From: Klebsormidium nitens
Taxonomy: Eukaryota > Plantae > Klebsormidiophyceae
Assembly (NCBI GenBank): GCA_000708835.1
Contig: DF237278.1
Location: 1 to 64,000, forward strand
DNA length: 64,000 nucleotides
Direction: 5' to 3'
Shown here piece by piece: positions 1 through 12,300 of this stretch (its first letter is position 1; each line of letters opens with the position of its first letter). The notes below the pieces were generated by a model, which had not been told where the DNA came from, searched no databases, and was given only the letters and a program-made list of their open reading frames with translations. The position numbers were made by a program, and so were the translations under genes.

Positions 1-1467
1 ATATTGTTTAGCGTAAGTTGGGGGCAGAGGGCGATTCCTGAAACTCGTCCTTGTGACAGTCTGAGTGACGTCATTGTAATTGATATTATCATACTTTAAC
101 TGATATGGGGTTACCAAATTAAGCCCACAGGGAGAAACTTGCGATCACGACCTAGCCTGTTGATTGCACTCGTTGCAAACACAGACGCGGATGGTAACTT
201 CTCGATCATTAACGCCCTAGCTTAGCCACATTAGAGCCATGGAGAAAGGTCTCCCGCGGACCCGGGATAGTTTGTTGACTCTACAGCTTGCTACGGCTGT
301 AAGTCATGTTCGGACTCGATCGGATCTGACCCTACGAGGAACCTAAAGCTAGATTCCTTCAATGAACTAATTCCCGAAACTGGCGGACGGGCACGTATAT
401 CATATAATGGATTGTGTTTCAATCGGAGGTGACATTCATGGAGTGGCCGGCCTCTTCAAGTTACTACCAGCCTCTCGCATGAGGGCATCGTTAAGGGTTG
501 AAACCTGCCGCCCTCCCAAGCTTTCCTCTTTAATTCGCCGTTTGACTATAAATCAGGACCCCGTTTAAGTACCTTCTTAGAACGACTTTAATTAAGAACG
601 TTGCCCACTGAAAAGTCCCCTTTTCAAGAATATACCTCTGCGCTCGTCAAATCCACACCAAATCATACTAGATCAATATCGTCTGAAAGGTCTCCTTGTT
701 CAGATCAAAACTGGAATCAATCCCCCTGCCCATACTGAAAAGCGTACTTAGACCGGGTCTCGATTCATTGAAATCGCATTTCATTGCATATGCTCGGTAT
801 CGATAAACCATGCGTTATATATACGTCCATGTTGATCGAAGGTCATTTGCACCTGAGAAATGGGTCTCAGCAGTCTTCGGAGGACCGATATTCCGTTCAT
901 GCCTAAATCTGCTGGAAGCAAAAGCGCATCGCATCTAGCTCATCAGCTGGATCTAGTGCTGATATTCTTGCCTGGTTAGCGTACGTATTGCATCGCACCA
1001 GACTGAAAGGATATCCCCTCAAGTTGGTTCGGCAGCGTTGACCGGTACCTCTTGCCACATGACGGCTTTCGACTTCCGTTCCATGACATGTTGCATCTTG
1101 TTACGTCATCGTTCCACGTGGAGGCTGACGTCAGATCTTAGAGGATGATGGAATGCACAGTCTGCAGTGCCGTGAAGAAAGGTGGTGACGCGTCTAACGC
1201 AGATGCTCAGCTCGAGCAAGTCGTGAGCTGCAAATGCTCATGCAGGCAGAATTTCCTTGATGGGGACGAGTATATTCAGTGCTTACAAGATTCAATCTTC
1301 TGTACAAGAACCGCACAATTTCGAAAGGTCTCCCATTACCAGTCGGTTTCCGACCATCTACTTCTCTTGCAGATTCTGCGTCAGGGAAATTCGGTGTGTG
1401 ACGCTAGATTCAGCCCCGCCCAGGATTCAAAACTAAAACCTTGCAGGGGGTAGACTTCCGCCCGTAG

Positions 1468-4400
1468 TCACAGCCCCCCCCAGGAGTTAGCCACGTCCGA
1501 CCGGGCGGTCGGGTGCCACGGCACGCACATCTTTTGCATCACCTCCCGGTTGGCCATAAAGTCCCGGGGCATCACATACGAGCTCAGCGGCCGGAGGCCG
1601 TATGCGGACGCCGTGACGGACAGCCCGGACGTTTCGAAGACGTACATGTTGCACCGGGAGTACAGATCCCACTCGGCGACGGTCGACGCCATCGCGGCCG
1701 CGGCCGCGCCGGGGTGGTCGATGTGCGCGGGCTTGATCGCGGTCGTCAGGACCTGCGGAGGGTGAGGGCCGGGTTAACGTGCGTTTCAGGGTTTGGGAGA
1801 CGTTTGGCGGTTCCGATCTGGGGTCGAGATTCAGCGAAAGTGCGGTTCCTGAACTCGCAGAATCATGTCAGGACCTCCCATGCGGAAGGTGTGGGATATC
1901 GGTGAAGGTCTGGAGGTCTGGAGCGGCGCTTATTGACTCGGGGATTGAGAGACCGGGTAAAGGAAACGAGGTGTCTCACTCAGAGATGCACACGCTACGA
2001 TGACACGTCAGGACGCGCTGACCGCTACCAGAAGCAGCCCCCAATCTGAAATGAGTGGGAAGAGAAGTCGCAGCCCAATGCATTTAAAAGCAGGTTAAGA
2101 GAGTGGGTTAGTGAACCCACCTGGGTGGTGTTGGCCAGAGCCAGCTGTTTAAGCTCGTACGAGGAGCTGATGAGGAAGATGCGCGACCGCTTGCATGCTG
2201 GCGTCATCCAGTACGACATCAGGGACTGCGCCAGGGGGCGACACGTGTCAGCTTATACGTTAGCACCTGGAAGCCTCACCGTTTACACATGACGAGCGAG
2301 GGAGCCCTCGAGAGGCGGGCTGACGTCGATCCAACGGTAATGATGCCGACGAAAGACGAAGCGAGTGGTAGGTCCAAAACGAAGCAAATGGAGTGAGGCT
2401 TTCTTCTAAGTCTGGCGCGCTTTGTAGGCGCTTATGGACGGCCGCACGTTGCGACACGATGTCAGAAGCCTTGTCAGCGATAAGCAGAGGAGACGTGTCG
2501 GAAAGCGGACAATTGTCTATACTCCCTTCAGAAGATGTCCAAAGCGGAGTCTCGCAAACCCACATGAAACCTGATACAAAGCACCGTCCGAGACCAGTCC
2601 AGCTCCCATCCTAGCTCTGCTTGTCTCTCGTCCAAACCAGTCCAAAATCCGTCCGCAGCTTTGCCTCGGGTGTATTCAGTCCCCGTAGAGCTCGAACTGT
2701 TAATCCAGAACCCTTCTCAACAGAAAAACGAAACGCCCACACCTCCTGCCAAGACCGTCCGTGACTTGCTCAAAACCCGTACGTCCGGATTCAGACCGAT
2801 AGCGCGCCTTGCCTGCACGCACTCCGCGTGGCTGCTGTTCCAGGTCACTTCAAAAGCATCGTCCAAATCTGTCCCCCAAGCGATGTGAACAATGTTGTAA
2901 CGTGTTTGGAAAAGGCGTCCGAATCGTGTCCGAAAAGCCGTCCAAATCCTGTCCGGAGACAGCGCCCCACCAGTACGCACTTCATGTACAGCTGCAGCTG
3001 CGAAAAGCAAAGGCCAATAACTTTCCATATATTGCCAAACCCCCCGTGACGTGTTCCGAAAGTCGTCCGAGTCGTGTCCAAATCACCGTCCGAAAAGTGT
3101 CCGGATAAAGCGCCTCACCTGTACGCACTCCATGTACAGCTGCAGCTGCTTTTCCAGGTTACCTCCAATTCACGAGCAAAAGCAACGTTCAGAATCCCTG
3201 CCAAGATCGCCCAGGATGTCTCCAAACCCGTCCGAATCGTGTCCGAAACAGGTCCGATTTCCGTCCGAAAAGTGCGTCTCACCTGTACGCACTCCATGTA
3301 TAGCTGCAGCTGCTTTTCCAGGTCGCCTCTCCGCTGGCCCATCATGGCTTCGTCGTTCAGCCGGATGTGGACGCACACGCTGAACGTCTCCGGATCTTCC
3401 AGCTGGCGCGCGATGGCATTGTAAGGTCGGGAGACCTCATCTTTCACCCTGCGTAAGGCGTTTGAGAAAGGGTCAATCACAGGGTTTGCGGAGGGTTTGG
3501 CTGAGGTTGGCCATCCGAGCAGTGGTTCAGAGTGAAGAGGGCAGGAATACACTGATGGTCCCAGATAGTCTTTGTGTTGGGAGTTGCTGAAACTCAGTCT
3601 TGGTCCCTTATGATGGGGCCGGTCTGTGGCGTACTACGGGTAGAATGAGCTTTTCAGCACGACTTTGCAGGTGGCGTGCTCCTCCTATGCTGGGCGGCAG
3701 GCTTTCTCTGAGTACTAGCGGCATTGGGTTGGAGAATTTTGCCCCTGCAAAGCGAACGGATTGCAAGGTCTTCAATGTACGAGATGGAATGAGATAAGAA
3801 ACTACAGAAACGCACCGCATGAGGAACCGGTTCAAGCAGCCCCAGGCATAAGGCGGCGTCAGCCCCACTTGCTCGTGTATAGCCGGGTGGTCATGCAGCC
3901 AGGTTATGACCCGCCCCTTATTAAACCGCACAATCGCGATCCGCGTGTCGCCTATGAGCTCGTGCATCTCCGGGAAGGTTAGCATCTCGCGGTTGATCAG
4001 GTTAAGGATAACCACGTCCCTGCAAGCAGGGCAAGCAGGCGGGTTGAGTCATTAGGGATACCATAACCTTCGTTCACTGGACTAAACCGGCGCCGCAATC
4101 TCGTTCGCCTTAGCCAGGCCAAGGGATGACGTCTTCTGGGAGATCAAGTGTCGCCTCTGGCAAGCCCGTAAACCAATGTATGGTCGGCTTAAAAGGCGTA
4201 TTGAAAAGCTTTTAAACGTGGCTCCTCACTCTTCGCTCGACATCTCTGAAACGATCGACCGTCGACTTGATCCACGGACTCAGGATCCTGCCTGATCTTT
4301 GACACGAGGTTGAAGAACGCGAAGACGTGTACACAGAGCCTGCAGAAAGCACTCCTTTTTGGAACTAGAGGCGCCTCTCCGAAGCGCTCTTATTGAACCT

Positions 4401-6282
4401 TTCCCGGCTCAAAATTTCTCTCCAAAAGCGGTACCGCAGCAAGTGCAACAACTCACTCTCCACGCTTCTCCACGTCCCCCCACGTCTTGCTGTTGTTTCC
4501 CGGCAAAACGTATCCATCCGGCAGCGTCCAGTCGACCTCGACTGGCTCGAAAGCGGAGAGCGCGGCTGGCCAGTGCAAGAAGACCGCGCGGTCCGCTATA
4601 ACCGAGTACAGCAGCGAAGTGGTAAAGCCCTTCAAAGAGTCGCCCAGGCCGCCGCATGGGATGCCATCTCTGAGGAGAGAAAGGGGGCGACGCTTTCGTT
4701 AGACTCAGGTAGTTCCTGGGACAAGGACTGGAGAAGAAACTACGCGCGCAGGTGATATATAATGGAGCTGCGGATGTGGAGCAGCAAGGAAGTTAAGGCA
4801 ACTCGTCGTCCTGGTGTTATAGAAAAACCCTCACGATTGCGCCATCGACCTATTGAAAAGAGAAAATTTATGAAAAAGATTCTATGGCCAGCTTAGGTCT
4901 TATGGGTGTTGAGAAAGTCAGAAGACTTTCAGCGCTGTGGCAGCCAGCACCTTAAAGTCGTATGGCCCGATTTTTGCAGCAGGACCTTTCTCAGAACCAT
5001 TAGAGCTCTCGCTTTTCGAGAACTTAGATCATTGCCCAGGTCGCGCTCATGAGTTGCCCGTCACCCATTATAGGATATCCCGCTAACCCGCCTGAACCAA
5101 GCGTAACCCGTGTATTTCCAACGGTAACCCGCCTGGAAACCAAGCGGAACCCAGCTCACTCTTGGCTGCTGCACACGAAGATCAGGATCTTCGGCAGCGC
5201 ATCCGGTTGCCCCTCTTCCCACACCAGAACGGGCAGCCCTGTCTTCTGATCGAGCAATCCCCGCCGCACAAACTCCGCCAGCTGTCGGCGCCAGAGGGCG
5301 TGTTTCTGCTTGTACTCTTCCTGCCACGTGCCACAGAGGGGCCACATGTGTATCCCGCTATGGTCTTCGAGGTCGCCCCCGCAGACGCTCGAGGGGGGGG
5401 AGCCATGGGTGGAAAACAAATGCTGGGAGCTAGGCCGCCTGTAAGGGGAGAACCTACTAGCAAAGCGTTAGGACTGCTTCGGAGTGGTTTGCTATCAATG
5501 GTTAGTAAAGAAAGGTCGAATTTGAATGGGTTAACAATTTGAATTAGGGTGGGTTTGGATTTGGGCAGAACCAATAAACGAGAAGTGGTTAGGTCAGGGT
5601 CAAGTTGGTTTAGGGTTTTGTTTGTAGTGGCACAGATTTGCACGTGCAGCTCTGGCTTCTATTTTACCTGCTTCTGCAGTCATGGAATTGTAAACCCTAG
5701 TTTTCTGGGATGCTAAAAACGTGAGGCATTCCTTTCTCAAGCTGAAAGCAGAGACTTTGATCCGAGGCCGGGTCCCCAAACCCTAATTACCAACCAGCGC
5801 CAGCCAATCGTATCATACAGTAAGCAACTCCAGCACGATCAAGCTGACGCTTTGATACACAACTTTCTCTGCTCTGCGCAAACTCCAGGCACCTCTTAGA
5901 GCCTCTCTGTGTGTGATTCTTCACTCACCAAGATAAACAACTGCTACCACCCATGCAGCGACGTCAGCGCAAATTGCAGACTGAAATTACACACCACAAC
6001 ACACTTGCAGGGTAAAGTCTCCTGGTCCCAAGCATCCTGAGCTCACCAAGCGTTTTCCTTCTCCAGGTTGTGCTGTACCAGTGTGTACACGTGGTAACAA
6101 GACAGGAAAATGATAACACTCCAGTACAGGTAGCGATGCTGGAATGCGGCCAACGGACCCCACCGCCCGCCGGAGGCAGTCCCCTTAGGCGCATACTTGT
6201 CGTTATCCTTTTCTTCGGAAATGCTCCAGAGAGAATACTCCTGTAAGTCCCGCTCTAGGTCCTCTGCTTTAGCGTTCATCAT
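1468..6282 (-). CDS. Fucosyltransferase-superfamily (GT-B; GT37/GT23-like) type II membrane protein, 7 exons, ~495 aa
   Basis: Exons (5'->3'): 6282-6047, 5438-5160, 4669-4457, 4019-3816, 3448-3283, 2225-2121, 1752-1468. All junctions are GT-AG and phase-compatible (1488 nt). N-terminal TM segment is YLYWSVIIFLSCYHVYTLV. Motifs: CGGLGDSLKGFTTSLLYSVIADRAVFLHW, WGCLNRFLMR, VCVHIRLND (motif I), IFLISSS (motif II), and HID...TVAEWDLYSRCNMYVFETSGLSVTASAYG (motif III-like). Confidence 0.85.
2620..3282. repeat. Degenerate tandem repeat in intron 5 of gene 1: GTCCGA-rich spacer plus copies of the exon-5 3' end
   Basis: The segment ctcacctgtacgcactccatgtacagctgcagctgcttttccagg near 3114-3158 copies the exon-5 end and its donor. 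More degraded copies lie near 2969-3000 and 2811-2850. gtccga/tccgaa motifs are frequent between them. Confidence 0.85.
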
Positions 6283-7995
6283 GAAACAGCCCGGAAAGAC
6301 GGCTACAGAGGATGTCTTGAACTGAGCAAAGCGTGACTCTAGGTGGTGGTAAAAGTTGAGCTGCTGGTTGTTTGTTAACCACTCCAGCAAAGTTTGCCGA
6401 TAGAAGAGTGAGTAATCAGCAGCTGCCAGTACTTTCCTTTTAGCAGGGCCGGGACTGTCAAAATCCACTCTGACGGACCAGTAAGTGAGAGTGCGACAAT
6501 TGTTTCTGCTTTCACCAGACGGGGAAGAACAGAAGTGGTTATGTTATGCAGATTTTCGGGCCGTCTGGACCAAAGGGACGGATGCTGATAAGAACGGCCA
6601 GCTGCTAGAAGTATCGCGCTCTCCAATTCCAGGTGCTCGTGGTATCGTGCTTTCCAGTTCCAGCATAAGCAAAGCAGAGAAGATTAGGCAGCGGAGATTA
6701 TCTTGGTAAGGAAGCTTGTGGGCGTTTCCTGACGGGAATGGTTGAGTCTAGTGCGCTAAATGAGCCTGAATCTTCCTGAACGCCACGTCTTCACCACAGC
6801 TGGCAGTTCAATCAGAGCAAGCAGCTAAGCGGGGAGCAACTGCTGCAAGCTGAGTGCCTAGGATTGTCTAGCATGGGACGTGAAGGTGCAGGTTGCAGTG
6901 CTCAAAGCAAACCCTAATCCTGGCCCTCTAAGTTTTAGATAGTACTAACTAGCCCGCCAAACCAGCTCATTGGCCCAACTTCCAAGTGAGTTTTCTTGAA
7001 CGCTGGTAAAGAATCCCATGACACGAGCATGATGGCAGCAGATGTGATGACAAGGCGCACACAGATATGTTGATATATGGATCGGATTGCTCAAGATTGA
7101 CCCATATTACCTTGGATAACGATTTCATCACCAATATATCAGCTCAGAAAGCTGAGTACAGCGAGTGAGCAGCTACCTACAGCTAGACAGACGTGAAACA
7201 AGGTACGCTCCTTGCAGTATGTAATCACCTACGCCTGTTTATGTGTCGAAGTACCTAGTCTAAATGCTTGTACTCAAGGCTATGCCGCGGACTTGGTAAG
7301 TGCAGGGGGGCTGCACGTCGTTAGAGACCAACTACCTAGTAGAGTGTACTAGGTACGGCCGGTACCTTCTTGCCAGCTGGAATCCGTGCGTCACGTGTAT
7401 CATGTTAGCAATGTGTCCACAGAGTTGCAGCCTTTGGACAAGTTACAACACCAGTACTCTGCTAGCTGCTGCTAGCAGCTGCTGCAGCTACCTAGTAGCT
7501 GCCCAGCTGTGCTGCAAGTGACGTTGGCAAGAGCACACACTGCATCGAGTTTTGCGTACAAGAAGCAACACCTACCTACTGGGGATTGCGTCAAACCTGA
7601 TACCGGCCGGTGACGGCGCTGCCAGTCGCACACTGTCGAGCAATATTCCCGATATCGTCAAAAGCAATAAGCCACCGGAGATCAAGGGTTTGGCCAGCTC
7701 TGTTTCGTTCCCAGTCACCGCCCAACCGAACCACAAGGTCGCTTTTGTGGCGCATCGAAACCCTCGTCTCAAGGTTTGACGATAACACATAAGCATACGG
7801 CTTATAAGCAGGGGATTAATGCGAGGTAGTGTGCGACGTGCAACGTCCACCAGAGAACCGACAGGACAACTGAGGCGCAAGCTGCGCGCAACTAGATCTG
7901 TAGTCTGACAACACTCGGAAATTGGTACCTATCCCTTTGTCGCTCTGAAGTCTGGCAGTCTGAGTGAGACAGTCTGATCAAGACTCTGAAAACAC

Positions 7996-8507
7996 GTACT
8001 GGTGAGTCTGGTGAATCGTGATACCTAGGTACATAGTACGGTACATTGGTGAGAGTCCGAGCGGGCACATGTCTATGAGCCGTAGTACGTACGGTCGTAC
8101 GTCATGGATATCCAGGGGCCGGAGTTCAGGTCGCATCTGAATTTTGGAGTCCAAGATTCCTGGGTACGGTATCATTTGGCAATGATGACTCAGTTTGTAC
8201 CAATTATACTGCCATTACTGGTGACGATCGAGCACCCACCTGCAAATTATTGCAATCGCAGTGTTGCAAGATTATTTAAGTAGAAGCATTCGCCATGCAC
8301 TACCCTTCCTCGTAGCTGCTCGGACCACCCGTACATACCGGGGTCCGGACGGTACTACCGTACGGGAGCTGACCAGTTTCCAGTAATTATTTTTGCAGCT
8401 GGTCCTAACTCCCAAGTTCCAACTTCCACGGAATCCACCTGTACTGGCCGGCCGTACTGCACGTCTACCTTGTTGCCAGTACCTGTACGTCTACTGCAGG
8501 TACGTAC
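7996..8507. promoter_or_regulatory. GTAC-dense cluster in the divergent spacer between genes 1 and 2
   Basis: About 18 GTAC counted by eye in ~510 bp, against ~2 expected at equal base frequencies. More are scattered over 7150-9200. Regulatory function is inferred, not shown. Confidence 0.5.
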
Positions 8508-9389
8508 TAGCTGGCAACTCCCTTGTCTCTTATGAATAGGGGCTTGTCTCCTAAAACTCAGAAGCCCCGGGCACACCAACCAAAATCCCTAACCCAAAAC
8601 CTTACGTGCTCCGCACCGTTATCCACCCTAACCACCAAACCAACCCTCAAACCCAACCCGTCCACCGGCCATGAACCTTAGTAGAACAAGCCCCCTAACG
8701 AGACAAGGGAGTTGCCACAATCCGTAGACAGTATCCAATAGGCTAGTGTGCACCGAGGCGGCTTGGCCGTGCGCGGCGTGCGCACTGCGCTGTGCGAGCT
8801 GTGTCTTGCAAGTACTGGAATGTACGCCTGCACCCGACGGTGCGTGCACGGTTCAACCTATAGAATCCGGGCCTAGCTTCAGGCACACAACTCACGGTCA
8901 GCATACTGCCGGTACGTACCGGTTATTCTTTTTGGCCGCACAGGGATTCGGGAAGGGTCAAGACTGGCTACTAGTAGTAGTACCGGCCTGCATATCTAAC
9001 GGCAAACCTGCATGTTGCAACACTTTGCCCTTCTTAAACCGCCAGTGTGGTTTACTTAACCGGCTGATAGGTGCGTCTACGCTGTTCAGCTCAGAGCATT
9101 GGTGGCTCCTGCTGTCAAGAGTTTCTGAACAAGTGGTTGAAGCTCGTGAGGGACCCCGCTAAAAGTCAGATCTCAAGAGACTCAAGCTCAAGTTTTACTA
9201 GGTACTAGAGCTTGCAGCTACCATGCAAGGGCACAGAACACAGTGTTGCTGGAGTGTGCATCCAACGCTGAGCAGGACGTCCACATAATACCTACATTAC
9301 ATTCGCCTACTCTAGAGCCTAATCAAGCGGTCTCAGCTTGAGCAGACGGTGAGCTGGGCTGGTGCAGTAAGAGTCTGCCAGCTGTCACC

Positions 9390-12300
9390 ATGGGGCGGCC
9401 AGCTGGCGTCGGCCTGTGGGGCTCTGTTCCAGCTGACACCCGCCGCACATTGTACATCCAGCTTGCGGGCATCGTGTTTGTGACGCTGCTCTGCGTGCAC
9501 AACCTCTTAGAGCTGCTGAGCAGCGATTACGGCCGGGGAAGTGCGGACGGCGTCGGCAGCTGGGTCTGGAGAGCGGAGACTACGTACTCGTGGACCAACT
9601 TCGGCGGCAGGGTGAGCTGCGCGTTTTTGGCCATGTGGGCAGTCCACTTTACAAAGTGCAATACTAGATAGTATTTTCAGCTTACTTATTTGCACTTGTT
9701 TGCACAGTCAGCAAAGCAAGCAAGAAGTCCCTGCATTGGAAAGAGTTGCTGGTTTACCCGCTTCCAAAAGGAGGCTGACATCAGCAGAGCCTGCTGCTGG
9801 AAAAGGCAGCGAGTGCGTCGCCAGGCAGACTGGGCGGACCGCGTGACGGGAGTGCGGCGGTATCTGGTCCTAGGCTGCTGCCACCTGTTTGTGTGGCAGT
9901 ATTTTTAATCCTGCAAAAACACCAGCTCGAGGACTTCGTTTGAGCATGTTCTCACGCAGTAGGAATGTGAGTAATGGACAGCCACTGCCAACTGCCGTGC
10001 CTGTCGCCAAGAGACTGCTTACATCCAGATATGTGCGCAAAGGTGCGCAACAGCTCACGATTGGAATCAATCATGCACATTTTACCATCAGCCCCTGACG
10101 CATGGCTGCTGTAAAAGCAAGGGATTGCAAATGTGTTCACTTGCACTTCAAAAATTCGTGAGGCAATGCATTCAATCTTTTCATTCAGCTACTATGCTGC
10201 ATCCTCAATTGATTTATCTGCCAGAAAATTGTTTGATATCTACCTTAGAGTGAGGCCAGAGGAAATTTAGGGTTCTGCAAAAAAGTGGTTGTTGAAAAGG
10301 CTGTGTCAAGTCTCCGCCCAGAGTTAGATCAACATTAATGAGCAGGCCCTTCATCTAACAGGTTTCAAAATGGGCCCCAATACGAAGTGCCTACCCGCGG
10401 AACTCTAGGCTTAAAATCGGCCACTGCAAGCGCTGACACAACTGCCCAACTCCGTTCGTGGTATCTATGCCCATCAGGGCTACGAGCAAAGATCTTCTTG
10501 CCTCCAGTCATAGCATTGGGCCTCCACGCAAGCAGAAGCAGGGAGCGCTTGGGTTTGTTGTCGGACTGGGTGCCTGCTGAAGGCGTGTCAGCTGGTACTC
10601 GATCTTTCCCTTCACCAGTACTTGGGAAGAATGAAGGTCTCTCTCCGACCCTGTATACGGCTGGGCACCAAAAGCTCCGGCCCGACTTTCCGCCATATGA
10701 CGGAAAAGCTGAGGTTTACCATTACAAATTGCTCACCGCTGGACAGCAGCTCCAAAACAGACCTTCTCTTAAAGTGGGCGTAGGCCGTCACGCCGACGGC
10801 ATCACCGTAGCGTGACGGCGACAGAAAGCAATCAACATTGACCCTCCGATAGATTCAACTCGGTGGTTTGTACCGTCCGATCGGAAAATGACTTGCGAGC
10901 CCTACGCCCACTTTAAGCAATGAAATTCCAAGCCCTCAAACCCACCCCCTTGCTTTTTCCCAGGTTAAGGAGTCGGGCGTCAAAAAGGAACCCGGCCCAA
11001 ACCCCGAGGCAGCCAGCCTCCCCCCCTTCAATCTGGACTGCACCGCCGCCCAATTTCTCGAGTCGGTCGCGACAGGTTCAAGGAACGGAGTTCGGGACGG
11101 GCCGTTTCACACCGACTGCCAGCTGTACAACTACACCAGTTCGGAGGCGTGCGGGGTGCTCTCGTCCTTCGATTCGATACTGGTATTTGGGGAGTCGCAC
11201 GAGCGACACTTTGTCCAAGGTGAGGCAGAAGCGGGAAAGCTGAGTCTTCACGTATCGAAGGGTTAATTGATCAGGTTTAGGGCTCCAGCTTCTCAGGGTT
11301 CTAATTTTTGGTGTCAGTTCGAGGGTCTTAGGATATTAGAACTGAGTCGATTCTGCTCGTGATGTCTACCGTCGTGGCGTGCCGGTTGCGGCAGATTTAT
11401 GGTTCACAGCTAGTGACGTTGCCGGAGCTGTCCGCAATCCCCTACAGTATCTCCACTGGCCTCGGGCTTATCACAAGCGCTGAGAGTATTGTCTGCCTCT
11501 TACGGTTCGACGGTTTTGGGGCCAAAGCGAGACTATGAAACGCTTCCTTCTCCCAGCAAGGGATTATGCGCGAAAGGACCCCCTGCTCGCAATGGACATT
11601 CGCGGAAGCGTTTTCTCAGTCGAGCAAGTCGGCGGTTGGTCAACAGTTTTTTCTAGATCATTAGTCTCCAAACCGAAAACGATAAAAGGGTGCTTGTCAA
11701 AATTCAAAGTGATTCGCCGACTTTCATTTGAAGGCTACCAAGTCAGTTGCTTCAACAATACAGCTTCTCCAGCGCAATCTTCGATTCAGCGAGAGGACAA
11801 TCGTAATCTTTACAGCGGCTCTCGATATGGCTTCCATTTTTGACACCTCCGTTTCATACTGCTGGTCCCGCATCTTGCCGTCAGGTCCCTAACAGAGTCT
11901 GGCTCATAATTTCCACTGAAAGATGCTCTGCCTTTCGTCTGGCCTCATGTTGAGGCCCTTGCTTCAAAGGGCAAGCTGCGCATGTTCTCACGAAGTGTTG
12001 AGGATCCTGCCGGTTCCTACTTTCCTTCCGTCACAAAACGATCTTTTCCGAGCTCCACTTCCACAGCTTCTCTGCATTGCATATCAGCCAGCTCGAGGAC
12101 TGCTCACGTCAGCACTGGCTGTGCGGTAGAAACCACCGGTCAATCTCCTGATCAAAGTTGGGGGAGTGCCACCCCCTCGAACCCCTCCCTCGCGACTTCT
12201 GTCGTTGCACGACCTGGAGCAATTCAGTCAGTACGCACGTTTTGGGCCTCTTGACACAACGGGTCTTTTGACCGCAGGGCGAATGTGTCAAAGCAGGAGT

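Noticed and set aside
1-1460. Short ORFs and TGACG/CACGTG motifs at the window start
   Set aside because: No recognisable domain or splice pattern, and the motif count is not beyond chance.
2025-2219. ORF ending FSSHSFQIGG, resembling the tyrosine-recombinase HSFRIG motif of DIRS elements
   Set aside because: The first half is exon 6 of gene 1. The motif lies in the intron after a clean CAG|GTGGG donor, lacks the catalytic Arg, and has no other recombinase motifs nearby.
6283-6468. Longer N-terminus of gene 1 suggested by the ORF track
   Set aside because: It depends on a GTG start. The first in-frame ATG is at 6282 and already gives a normal cytosolic tail plus TM segment.
5610-6917. Telo-box-like AAACCCTAA/TTAGGGTTT motifs (5610, 5778, 6909)
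   Set aside because: They are isolated single copies, mostly intronic. They are consistent with a green-lineage genome but not evidence of a telomere or a defined element.
10784-10819. 10-bp inverted repeat (gccgtcacgc/gcgtgacggc)
   Set aside because: It is short, GC-rich and intronic, with no U-tract, and is plausible by chance.
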